Assembly (NCBI GenBank): GCA_016934745.1
Contig: JAFGSF010000062.1
Coordinates: 64,843-128,842 of the forward strand
DNA: 64,000 nucleotides
Direction: 5' to 3'
Origin: Candidatus Aminicenantes bacterium
Lineage (GTDB): Bacteria > Acidobacteriota > Aminicenantia > UBA2199
In this document: piece after piece, positions 43,282 through 51,748 of the stretch
Position numbering within the stretch: position 1 is the stretch's first letter
Layout: every line of letters starts with the position of its first letter
Translations under genes and position numbers: made by a program
Notes under the pieces: generated by a model
Databases searched by the model: none
What the model was told of the DNA's origin: nothing
Seen by the model: only the letters and a program-made list of their open reading frames with translations

Positions 43282-45101
43282 TAATCCAGTTGAAACTCCT
43301 TTTTCCAATCCGAATCACCCTGAAGGATGTCCATCTGCTGCTTGTCAAGAAAATAATTTTCCAGCACGAGATAATCGATGTTGGTGCGCATAAAACAGCG
43401 GTAGGCATCTTCCGGAGAATTGATAATTGGTTCGCCGCGAACATTAAAGGATGTGTTGATAATTATCGGACAACCGGTAAGCTTATAGAACTCTTCTATA
43501 ACGGCGTAATAATAAGGGCTGACTTCGCGGTTAACGGTATGCAGGCGGGCAGAAAAATCGACATGGGTGATTGCCGGCACGCATGACCTTTTTATATATA
43601 ATTTATCTATGCCTTTTTTCTTTTTATCTTCGGCAGTAAACTGGCAGCGGTATTTTTCACGGATGTCATAAACCAACAGCATGTAGGGTGAAGGAACATC
43701 AAAATCAAAATACTCCCCGACCTGTTCCTCGAGCATGGAGGGAGCAAATGGCCGAAAAGACTCGCGGAATTTTATTTTAAGATTCATGAGTGATTGCATT
43801 TTGTCAGAGCGCGCGTCACCGATAATGCTGCGGCCGCCCAGGGCGCGGGGACCGAATTCCATGCGCCCCTGGAAAAAGCCGACAACCTTATGGCCATTGA
43901 TAAGTTCGGCAATTTTTTTTGGCGCTGCTGCGGGAGAAACTTCACTGTATTTTATATTTTGGCTGTCAAGAAACTTTTTAATATATTCGGGAGAATAATC
44001 GGGTCCCAAAAAGGAACCCCGTTGCGAGTCTTTCCCCGGCTGCACGTTGCGTTCCATTTTAAGCTTTTTATGCCAAACCGCCAGGGCCGCGCCCAAGGCT
44101 CCGCCCGCATCTCCGGCCGCGGGCTGGATCCATATATTCTTGAATGTCTGTTTTTTCAAAATTTTGCCGTTGGCCACGCAATTCAAAGCCACGCCACCGG
44201 CTAGGCACAGATTTTCGCTGGGTGCGATCTTTTTAGCAGTAGCAACTATTTTTTCCAGTATTTCTTCCAGCACGACCTGAATGGAAGCAGCCAGGTCCAT
44301 ATCTTCTTTGCGCAGCGGGGTTTCGGGAAGTCGGCGAGTGATGTTGAAAAGTTTTTCAAATCTGCGGCCGGTCATGGTCAAACCGGTATGATAGCTGAAA
44401 TATTTCAGGTTCAAACGAAACGAACCGTCTTCTTTGACATCCACCAGATTTTTTAAAATGATATCCCGATAAATTGGCTCGCCATAGGGAGCAAGGCCCA
44501 TCAGCTTGTATTCTCCCGAATTTACCTTGAAACCGGTAAAATAAGTAAAAGCCGAATAGAGCAGGCCGAGGGAATGGGGGAAGGATATTCTCTTTAACAT
44601 TTCAAAATCACTGCCTTTACCATAGGCAATGGTCAGGGTGTCCCACTCGCCAACGCCGTCAACGGTTATAACCGCGGCTTCAGTAAAGGGCGATGGATAA
44701 AAAGCCGAAGCGATATGGGACTCATGGTGAGTGATAAATAGTATCTCGGCCTTCGGGGTCGCGACTTTCTCCTTGATGATTTCCTTCATAAAGAGCTTTT
44801 CTTTGGCCCACACCGGCACAACTTTCAAAAAACTTCGGGTGCCGGCCGGAGCAAACTGCATAAAGGTTGACATCAAGCGGTCAAACTTGATAAACGGTTT
44901 TTCGTAAAAAACAACATAATCAATGTCAGCCCGGGAAATACCGGTATAATCAAGGGCGGCCTGCAAGGCTTTTTCCGGAAAACCGGCATCATGCTTTTTT
45001 CTGCTGAAACGTTCTTCTTGCGCCGCAAAAATAATTTCACCGTCTTTGAGCAAGCATACCGCGCTGTCATGATAAAATGCTGAAATACCAAGGATAATCA
45101 T
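43281..45101 (-). CDS. carbamoyltransferase (NodU/CmcH family)
   Basis: 606 aa with the N-terminus IILGISAFYHDSAVCLLKDGEIIFAAQEERFSRKKHD and a C-terminal YrdC/Kae1-like carbamoyl-transfer layout. Confidence 0.9.
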   Translation of the reverse strand: MIILGISAFYHDSAVCLLKDGEIIFAAQEERFSRKKHDAGFPEKALQAALDYTGISRADIDYVVFYEKPFIKFDRLMSTFMQFAPAGTRSFLKVVPVWAKEKLFMKEIIKEKVATPKAEILFITHHESHIASAFYPSPFTEAAVITVDGVGEWDTLTIAYGKGSDFEMLKRISFPHSLGLLYSAFTYFTGFKVNSGEYKLMGLAPYGEPIYRDIILKNLVDVKEDGSFRLNLKYFSYHTGLTMTGRRFEKLFNITRRLPETPLRKEDMDLAASIQVVLEEILEKIVATAKKIAPSENLCLAGGVALNCVANGKILKKQTFKNIWIQPAAGDAGGALGAALAVWHKKLKMERNVQPGKDSQRGSFLGPDYSPEYIKKFLDSQNIKYSEVSPAAAPKKIAELINGHKVVGFFQGRMEFGPRALGGRSIIGDARSDKMQSLMNLKIKFRESFRPFAPSMLEEQVGEYFDFDVPSPYMLLVYDIREKYRCQFTAEDKKKKGIDKLYIKRSCVPAITHVDFSARLHTVNREVSPYYYAVIEEFYKLTGCPIIINTSFNVRGEPIINSPEDAYRCFMRTNIDYLVLENYFLDKQQMDILQGDSDWKKEFQLD

Positions 45102-45108
45102 GCTTATT

Positions 45109-45140
45109 ATTATAGCAAAAATCGATCACAACGTCTATAC
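45109..45140 (-). promoter_or_regulatory. extended -10 promoter TGCTATAAT (weak -35 TAGACG); the -10 ends 7 nt before ATG 45101 (leaderless layout)
   Basis: Read on the minus strand. Confidence 0.45.
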
Positions 45141-45173
45141 GCCGCTAGTAGATTTCTGCTGTGTAACAGTTGA

Positions 45174-45202
45174 TTGACATTTTCATATACTTCCCCTAAA
45201 AT
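45174..45202 (+). promoter_or_regulatory. sigma70-type promoter TTGACA-17nt-TAAAAT with a ~128-nt leader
   Basis: Read directly from the sequence. It is divergent from the carbamoyltransferase promoter. Confidence 0.5.
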
Positions 45203-45336
45203 TCCATCATTGATATGATTGATTTTCATTTTAAAGTACTTATTTGATGATTGTCCCAAAGGAGCCATGGATTTTTCACTAAAAGGCAAATTGGAAACTG
45301 CGGGGCAACAGCTATTAAAATCTGCGTGAGGTAATA

Positions 45337-46080
45337 ATGGCCAAGGATGTTTTCGGAAGCATTCAGAAAGAGCTTGGCGCCGGGCGTAAGTCCCTCGGCA
45401 ATAAGTACAAGGATATCTTTGTCGGCCGGCGCGGACCGGCCGCATTCCTGAAATACGAGCTCCTGACCTGGCTCTCCGGAATTTCGGGGGCGCTCGGTTT
45501 TGCGCTACGCAAGGCGTTCTATCCCTCCCTGTTGGGCGAAGTGGGGAAGGGGGTTATCTTTGGCCGTTATTTAACTTTTCGCCATCCGCACAAGGTCCGC
45601 ATCGGTGCCGGTACAATCATTGACGATTTTGCGGTCCTCGACGCCAAGGGCGAAGAAAACGACGGCATTTGCGTCGGCAAGCAAGCCTATATCGGCCGCA
45701 ACGCAATCCTGAGCTGCAAGGAAGGCTCCATCCGCCTGGGCGACCACACCAACATCTCGGCCAACTGCACGCTGCTCTCAGAGACCGTGATCACCCTCGG
45801 CCGCTACTGTTTCCTGGCCGGGAATTGCTATCTCGTAGCCGGCGGTAACCACAGCTTCGCCGACATCTCGAAGCCCATCATGCACCAGCCATCGCTGGCC
45901 AAGGGCGGCATTCTAATCGGCGATGATGTTTGGCTTGGCGCCGGTGTTATCATCCTTGACGGAGTCACAATCGGTTCCCATTCGGTCGTCGGCGCAGGTT
46001 CTGTCGTCTCAAGTCAACTGGCAGAATATGCTTATGCCCGCGGCGTCCGGACCTTGAAGATACAGGATCGTCGCGGGTGA
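45337..46080 (+). CDS. left-handed beta-helix (hexapeptide repeat) acyl/acetyltransferase, WcaF-like
   Basis: 247 aa with repeated [LIV]-G-x4 hexapeptides (IGAGTIIDD, IGRNAILS, IGDDVWLGAGVIILDGVTIGSHSVVGAGSVV). G+C-rich. Confidence 0.8.
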   Translation: MAKDVFGSIQKELGAGRKSLGNKYKDIFVGRRGPAAFLKYELLTWLSGISGALGFALRKAFYPSLLGEVGKGVIFGRYLTFRHPHKVRIGAGTIIDDFAVLDAKGEENDGICVGKQAYIGRNAILSCKEGSIRLGDHTNISANCTLLSETVITLGRYCFLAGNCYLVAGGNHSFADISKPIMHQPSLAKGGILIGDDVWLGAGVIILDGVTIGSHSVVGAGSVVSSQLAEYAYARGVRTLKIQDRRG

Positions 46081-46083
46081 CAC

Positions 46084-47052
46084 TCAAAGCCAGGCATTCT
46101 CACGGTACCAGCCAACCGTCCTGGCAATTCCAGTTCGGAAATCTATCACTGGTGCAAACCCAAGTTCATCTTTCGCCCGGTCAGAAGACATAGCCTTCGG
46201 GTCAAGAAAGAATGAAAGTTTGCCGCGGTTGAGGAACGTTTCTTTTTTTGCCAAAGCGAAGACTTTTTCCAGGATGAATGCCGCCGCAATGGTCGGTCCC
46301 TTGGGCAATTTGAAACGCGGGATCGTAACTCCACAAGCCGCGGCCACGGTTCGCGCCATTTCCTCGGCGGTCAGGATCTCGTCTCCGGCCAGGTGATAGA
46401 TCGCTCCCGGACGGCCCTTGGCGGCAACGAGGAGGATCCCGGCCACCAGATCGTCTATGTAAACCGGCGTTTGCCGACCGGGCGCGCCGGCGATCAGGGC
46501 AAACTTTTTCCGACAAATGGCACTGATGAACTTGAATGTTCGGCGGTCACCCGGGCCATAAACCCAACCCGGCCTGATAATGACAACATCCAGCCCATTT
46601 GCCGCGGCAAATCCAGCTGCCTTTTCCGCCGCAAGCTTAGTCTTATCATAGATGGTCCTGGGAGCGGGAGGATAGTCTTCCTCCGCTGTTTCACCAGTCT
46701 TGACGGCGCCTAGAACTCCAATAGAGCTGAAATGGACAACACGTTTAACACCAACCCGTTGTGCAGCCGCGAGCAGCGCTTGGGTACCGTCAACGTTGAC
46801 CTTGTGGAACGCATGGGAATCGGTTACGATTGATCCGACGGCCGCGGCGAGGTGAAACACAGCATCTACACCGGCCAGGGCATTTTCCAGTGTCGTGCCA
46901 TCGCGGATATCCCCTGCCACAGATTCAATACTCGGTATCTCATCTAAAGCAGTATTATGGACCAAGGCCCGGACATCCCAGCCTTTGATTATCAGGGCCC
47001 GGAGAAGATGGCTGGCGATGAATCCCGAAGCGCCCGTAACGAATGCCAGCAT
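46084..47052 (-). CDS. NAD-dependent epimerase/dehydratase (extended SDR)
   Basis: 322 aa with a Rossmann TGASGFIASHL and a YxxxK context (YDKTK). G+C-rich. Its stop lies 3 nt from the convergent acyltransferase stop. Confidence 0.85.
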   Translation of the reverse strand: MLAFVTGASGFIASHLLRALIIKGWDVRALVHNTALDEIPSIESVAGDIRDGTTLENALAGVDAVFHLAAAVGSIVTDSHAFHKVNVDGTQALLAAAQRVGVKRVVHFSSIGVLGAVKTGETAEEDYPPAPRTIYDKTKLAAEKAAGFAAANGLDVVIIRPGWVYGPGDRRTFKFISAICRKKFALIAGAPGRQTPVYIDDLVAGILLVAAKGRPGAIYHLAGDEILTAEEMARTVAAACGVTIPRFKLPKGPTIAAAFILEKVFALAKKETFLNRGKLSFFLDPKAMSSDRAKDELGFAPVIDFRTGIARTVGWYRENAWL

Positions 47053-47081
47053 GGTTTCCTCACATGAATACTATATAGAAT

Positions 47082-48710
47082 TTATTTTTTTTTATCATAC
47101 TTTTCAACCAACCGGAAAATTTTAATTTCCGGGTTGATTTTATCGAGATTCGAAAAAATAGCTTCACGGCCATCCTTGAGAATCGCTTCGTAGTCGAATA
47201 GGACCCACTTTTTAGGCGTCCGATATTTTAATACCAAAATATAACCAAGTTCTTCCAACCCAAGTTTCTCGTAAAAATTAGGTTCCCCGAATGTGATGGC
47301 GGGATTGAACAACAAGTATTCAGATTTGTTAGCCTTAATGATCTGGGCTGAAGGTGGAAAATACAATCTAATGTTGTTGAAATGGGGAGTCCTGGGCAAA
47401 CTCTCCCAAAATCCGATTAAACCAATGGCCGCATTGTAATCGATATGTTTCTTCATCCAATTTTCGACATAATACCGGGAATCATTGACCATGTTGATAT
47501 CCACTGACGCAGCATACCAAACCGAATAACCAATCAACAAGCTCAATAAAACTATCTTACACCAATACCATCGGTGCTGCGGTGTGAACCAATCCGCCAA
47601 TACCTTGCCGCCGAAAAATGACAACAGGATAGTGATCGGGATTAAAAACCGTTCATAATGATACAACACCACGCTAATAAAAAAGAAGTAGTAGGAAACG
47701 CCGGGGATAAGCATGGCGAAAAGGATAAGGTTGCGCTTTTTGCTGACCAAAGCAGTTACAATGCCGATCAGGCAGACAATGAATATCGGCCAGCCTGACA
47801 AAAATTGTAAATGCTTGATTGCCTGCCAAAACATTTGCGCATGACCGGCTACTGTATTCGGATAGATTTGAAAACCTTTACTGGCCGGTCCAGTAATCTG
47901 CGCGACATGATTGAGGAACCCCGATAGATTAAAACCCACATTATGGATCAGGGCAAACAAGAGGCCGGCTGCGCCAAGGGCTATCAAGTTTTTTCGAGCT
48001 AACAGGACACGGTGGAATTTTAAAGCCGGGTGATCTGTTTTTTGTCGAAAATAGTCGGAAATGACAATGGGAATTGGAGTTAAGACATACAAACCATATG
48101 CCTGGTCTTTCGTACAAACGGCACATACCGCCGTGAGGGCAAACAACAGATAATCGGCCGGAAGATGGCGTTTTAAAATGCGCGCATAAAACAGCAACGA
48201 AAACGCAAACCAGAAAATATATGGAATATCGACATTAGTAATCTTCGCATAATAAACAAATGGGCCCATAGTTGCCGTGATCAATGCCGCGAATAGGGCA
48301 GCACGACGTTCGAACAATACGCAGCCGCAACGATATACCAGAAAAACGATCCCGGTGCCCATCAGCACACTAACCAACCGTCCCAAAAAGAACAACCATG
48401 TGTAGACATTAAAATTATTTTTAACATTCAGGAGTTGCAGACGCTCCATTAGTAAGAACGGCAGATGAGTGAGGCTTAAAATATAGTAATGCAACGGGGG
48501 ATATTTACTGTACCACCCTTGCGAAAAGCGCTGATCAATCCCTTTCTGGACTTCGGCAGGGATAATTTCATCCATGGCCCAGCCATTCAAAGATGGCAGC
48601 CCCCAACCGATGCCAGCTAAATTCAACAAGAAACTGAGACTTAAAATCAGGAACAATGCGCATAGAAACGGTCGACGAAGTTCATTAAATGCAAACAAGC
48701 TGTTCCCCAA
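47082..48710 (-). CDS. GT-C glycosyltransferase, family 39/ArnT/PMT_2-like
   Basis: 542 aa polytopic protein. The first periplasmic loop carries WAMDEIIP (the Asp-Glu motif of PMT/ArnT-type enzymes), followed by YSKYPPLHYYIL. TTG start. Confidence 0.7.
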   Translation of the reverse strand: MGNSLFAFNELRRPFLCALFLILSLSFLLNLAGIGWGLPSLNGWAMDEIIPAEVQKGIDQRFSQGWYSKYPPLHYYILSLTHLPFLLMERLQLLNVKNNFNVYTWLFFLGRLVSVLMGTGIVFLVYRCGCVLFERRAALFAALITATMGPFVYYAKITNVDIPYIFWFAFSLLFYARILKRHLPADYLLFALTAVCAVCTKDQAYGLYVLTPIPIVISDYFRQKTDHPALKFHRVLLARKNLIALGAAGLLFALIHNVGFNLSGFLNHVAQITGPASKGFQIYPNTVAGHAQMFWQAIKHLQFLSGWPIFIVCLIGIVTALVSKKRNLILFAMLIPGVSYYFFFISVVLYHYERFLIPITILLSFFGGKVLADWFTPQHRWYWCKIVLLSLLIGYSVWYAASVDINMVNDSRYYVENWMKKHIDYNAAIGLIGFWESLPRTPHFNNIRLYFPPSAQIIKANKSEYLLFNPAITFGEPNFYEKLGLEELGYILVLKYRTPKKWVLFDYEAILKDGREAIFSNLDKINPEIKIFRLVEKYDKKK

Positions 48711-48844
48711 TGACTATAAGGAAAATCAATTTTCCCTTTTTTCTATATTAGAAATATTAAGGAAATTTAAAATAAAATGCAATGATTCAATGTTGCAGAA
48801 AGTACCCGCCCATTTCATGGCATTTGAATCGTTAGCTTGTTCCT

Positions 48845-50554
48845 TTAAAATTTAACGGCCAAACCAATCCCCATTTCAAATCCACCGAGGTCAAGCTTGT
48901 TGCCCTCATCCTCGGGAAGCGCCTCGGCCAAAGTCTTGTTAACGATGTTAAATTTCACAAAAATTTCTCCCAGCAGAGAGCGGTTGTGCTTAGCGAAAAT
49001 GCTTTTCAGGAAAGAAGGGCTAAAGTAAAAATAAGTCCCACCCTGAAAATGGAAGCCGAATGCCAGGCCACTGGTGGGGTCCAATTCTGCTACACCTTTG
49101 ATCGACTCCCTATAATAATAGAAATTGATCCCGGCGCCGACGAATGGTTCAAGGGAACCCAGTTTTGCAGGACGGAAACGACCGCCGATCGAAAAGGGTA
49201 TCAGGGTAAATCTGACTGTATCTTCAAAAAAAAGAGTGGTTTGCTTGACAGTGTAAAACTTGGCGGTAGCCCAGATGTCGATTTTGTCGACAGCTTGGTA
49301 AGAAAATTCGAGTCCGGGGATATGCTGGAACCAGTAAGAATAATATTCACGCATATTCTTGTCATTGATGGTGAAGCGTTCGAAGGTCAATCCCACAATA
49401 TAACGATGTTTGTTGGCTTCTCCGATTTTTTCCGCTTCTTCCACTATTTTGGTCTTGACTTCAGGTTCAGCAACTTTCTTTTCTTTCTTGATTGCAGGCT
49501 TGTCTTTTTCCTTTGCCTGAACTTTGGCTTTATCTTTGGCCAGTTCTTCCCGGTTGACTATCCGGATTTTCTTGCCATCAACCACGCATTCCAAACCGGA
49601 CACAATGAGCATCGTATCTGTGGCCAGCCCCTTGGCAATCATGGTTTTATCATTGGCAGCAGCTCCAGGCGTCACGTACAGTTTCTTGGCTTTTTTCTTT
49701 TCGACCACGTAAACAAAATCACCCAGGCTGTCCTTTTGAATAGCTGCGCTCGGAATGACAATGGCGTCAACATGCTCGGCGATAAATTTTTTGAAGGTGA
49801 AGGTGACGCCATCTTTGACCTGGTTGGAATCATTATTTACTCTGATCGACACCAGGGCATCGCTGATCGCAACAATTTCAGCCTCAACTTCACCCTTAAA
49901 ACCTTCGCCGGTTCCGATGAATTTATCACTGATTTTCAATGAAGCCCTGTCAGCATCCTTCAGGGGCGCTTGAAAAATCATTTGCCGAGGATTGGAAATT
50001 TCCAGCAACAGAGCATCGGCTTCAATTGCCGTTCCGGCAGCCATGACCAGGTGAACGATACCAGCCACGGGCGCCTTAACGACCCGATTGACCTGCGATT
50101 TCTTTTCATTCATCAGTTCCAGGGCGTTTTGATAAGCCTTCTCTGCACTTCGGATGGCTGCTTCACTTTTTTCCTTCCAATTCTGCCGCGCAACCAGAAT
50201 TTTTTTTGCCTTGGCAGCCGCCGCTTCAAGCTTGTCTAACTCTTCATCGGCGCCCGCATTCATGACGGCAAGCTCTTGGTCCAAATCAACCAAGCTGCCT
50301 TCGCTCACCTTGATTTCTGAAACTAAACCGCTTACTGGGCTTTTAACAGCAACGATTTCAGCCCGGCCCTGGGCTGAAAAATACTGGTATTCCATAAAAA
50401 CCGATGGTTTGAGTTCTTCAACGACCACGGGTGCTTTTTTGGGGCAGTTGCTTTCCGTATTAACGTCATCAGCGGCCAGCAATGCCATATCGGACATGGC
50501 CATAAATAGAACGGCCACAACCAGTAAAAATCTCAATGCTTTTCTAAATTTCAT
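48845..50554 (-). CDS. periplasmic adaptor (HlyD/MFP-like) domain fused to a C-terminal outer-membrane beta-barrel
   Basis: The start is set at ATG 50554 (GGAGG 8 nt upstream). It has a signal peptide, split lipoyl motifs (VKSPVSGLVSEIKVSEGSLV ... VKAPVAGIVHLV) around a coiled coil, and beta-barrel/MP-like segments. A Lys/Glu-rich linker leads to a ~190-aa amphipathic beta-strand domain ending GIGLAVKF. Confidence 0.6.
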   Translation of the reverse strand: MKFRKALRFLLVVAVLFMAMSDMALLAADDVNTESNCPKKAPVVVEELKPSVFMEYQYFSAQGRAEIVAVKSPVSGLVSEIKVSEGSLVDLDQELAVMNAGADEELDKLEAAAAKAKKILVARQNWKEKSEAAIRSAEKAYQNALELMNEKKSQVNRVVKAPVAGIVHLVMAAGTAIEADALLLEISNPRQMIFQAPLKDADRASLKISDKFIGTGEGFKGEVEAEIVAISDALVSIRVNNDSNQVKDGVTFTFKKFIAEHVDAIVIPSAAIQKDSLGDFVYVVEKKKAKKLYVTPGAAANDKTMIAKGLATDTMLIVSGLECVVDGKKIRIVNREELAKDKAKVQAKEKDKPAIKKEKKVAEPEVKTKIVEEAEKIGEANKHRYIVGLTFERFTINDKNMREYYSYWFQHIPGLEFSYQAVDKIDIWATAKFYTVKQTTLFFEDTVRFTLIPFSIGGRFRPAKLGSLEPFVGAGINFYYYRESIKGVAELDPTSGLAFGFHFQGGTYFYFSPSFLKSIFAKHNRSLLGEIFVKFNIVNKTLAEALPEDEGNKLDLGGFEMGIGLAVKF

Positions 50555-50600
50555 AACTTCAACCTCCATAATTTTATGAATATTTTCTTAAAGGGAGCTA

Positions 50601-50629
50601 ATTATTTCATGAATCAACCAAATTGTCAA
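50601..50629 (-). promoter_or_regulatory. sigma70-type promoter TTGACA-17nt-AATAAT
   Basis: Read on the minus strand, ~46 nt upstream of ATG 50554. Confidence 0.45.
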
Positions 50630-50722
50630 TATCTCTTAATATCTATCATAAATTCCCATTCATCAACCTGGATTCTCCAAAATTAGGCAATTTTCACATT
50701 ATTGAAGCCTGGAAATAAAGCA

Positions 50723-51517
50723 TTAAGGCTGTCTTCCCATTTTTTGCAACAACCGCCAAAAGCGGCGATTGTTTTCACCTGACCACTGATGCCAGGGCGG
50801 AGACAGGTCTTTGAGCAGAACGGTCCGGTAGCCTGCCTGGCGGTATTTCTGCTCTGATGCGACACAGAACGCTATCAGTTCAGGATAATCCATTTTGTTA
50901 TAGGCGAAAATGACGCCAAACTGCGGACCTGGCACTGCCGGTTCCAGGATCGTCCCTTGCTCGCTGATATAAGCCTGGGAATGAGAAATGATGCCGTTAT
51001 AGAAATAAGGACGGTGGTTGGCCAAGAAGTGAGAGAAAACTGCTCCGGCCGATAATCCGGCCAAATAGATATTTTGCCTGGAAACAGGATAGTGCTCAGC
51101 AACACTGTCGATCATTTTTTCAATGCCGTACATTTCTTTTTCGATCACCCAGCCCTTGGCCGTGCAATTCAGGAATTGGTATTCGTACAAAGCATCGGGA
51201 ACAAGAAGGATGATCCCGTTGACACGGCAAAATGAAATCAGGCCGGTTTCTTCGATAGGAGCTCCGGTATACTTTTTTAGGGCTGGAATTCTTTTGAACC
51301 CTTCTGAACGGACACCATGAAAATAAGCAAGAAGAGGTAGCGGTTTTTTCCCCATCCGGGGCAGAAAAAGCCGGTAAGTGCGCGGGTTGCCAAAGCGATC
51401 GACAATCGGATGCGGTGTATTGAGTATTTTTGCCGTCGAAGAGCGCCGGCAGGCCGGAATCATGGTGATCGCCGCAGATATGGCAAGCAACAGGATAAGT
51501 CTGGCCCGTTCAGCCAT
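50723..51517 (-). CDS. alpha/beta hydrolase (PHB-depolymerase/feruloyl-esterase-like esterase)
   Basis: 264 aa with a signal peptide, the oxyanion context LLAYFHG and the nucleophile elbow GLSAG. Confidence 0.7.
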   Translation of the reverse strand: MAERARLILLLAISAAITMIPACRRSSTAKILNTPHPIVDRFGNPRTYRLFLPRMGKKPLPLLAYFHGVRSEGFKRIPALKKYTGAPIEETGLISFCRVNGIILLVPDALYEYQFLNCTAKGWVIEKEMYGIEKMIDSVAEHYPVSRQNIYLAGLSAGAVFSHFLANHRPYFYNGIISHSQAYISEQGTILEPAVPGPQFGVIFAYNKMDYPELIAFCVASEQKYRQAGYRTVLLKDLSPPWHQWSGENNRRFWRLLQKMGRQP

Positions 51518-51713
51518 AATTTTTGCGTAGTGGCGAAATACGAATAGGAAACGTCATCTGAACAATAAGTATTAGTGTAAAAGCCACTCGGCTTATTTTT
51601 GTTTTCATTTTGTCAAAAATGCTTATTTTTTCATGAGTTCCTGAAGAAAGACTCAGATTTTTTATTTTAGCTGAAATTCATAAAAAGTCAAGATGATCAA
51701 GACGATCTAGCCA

Positions 51714-51742
51714 TTGACAAACATCGTTAGGCCTTCTATAAT
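51714..51742 (+). promoter_or_regulatory. consensus sigma70 promoter TTGACA-17nt-TATAAT; the -10 ends 6 nt before ATG 51749 (leaderless layout)
   Basis: Perfect hexamers and spacing read directly from the sequence. Confidence 0.6.
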
Positions 51743-51748
51743 GAAGGT

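Noticed and set aside
45110-45445. 111-aa minus-strand ORF in the carbamoyltransferase/acyltransferase divergent region
   Set aside because: It spans two promoters and the 5' end of the acyltransferase gene. It has no SD or motifs and its composition looks non-coding.
40544-47052. Calling the G+C-rich segments a horizontally acquired genomic island outright
   Set aside because: Core genes at the left end of the window (acyl-CoA ligase, trpS, lpdA) are just as G+C-rich, so high G+C is not by itself foreign here. There are no flanking repeats, tRNA or integrase. It is kept only as a compositional observation needing computation.
48986-49942. 318-aa plus-strand ORF antisense to the adaptor-barrel fusion gene
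   Set aside because: It has no recognisable motifs, no promoter or SD, and lies fully inside a well-supported minus-strand gene. It is treated as a shadow ORF. The same reasoning applies to 17017..17634 (-), 5923..6420 (-), 54690..55142 (+), 55227..55757 (+), 56581..57165 (+) and 31596..32009 (+).
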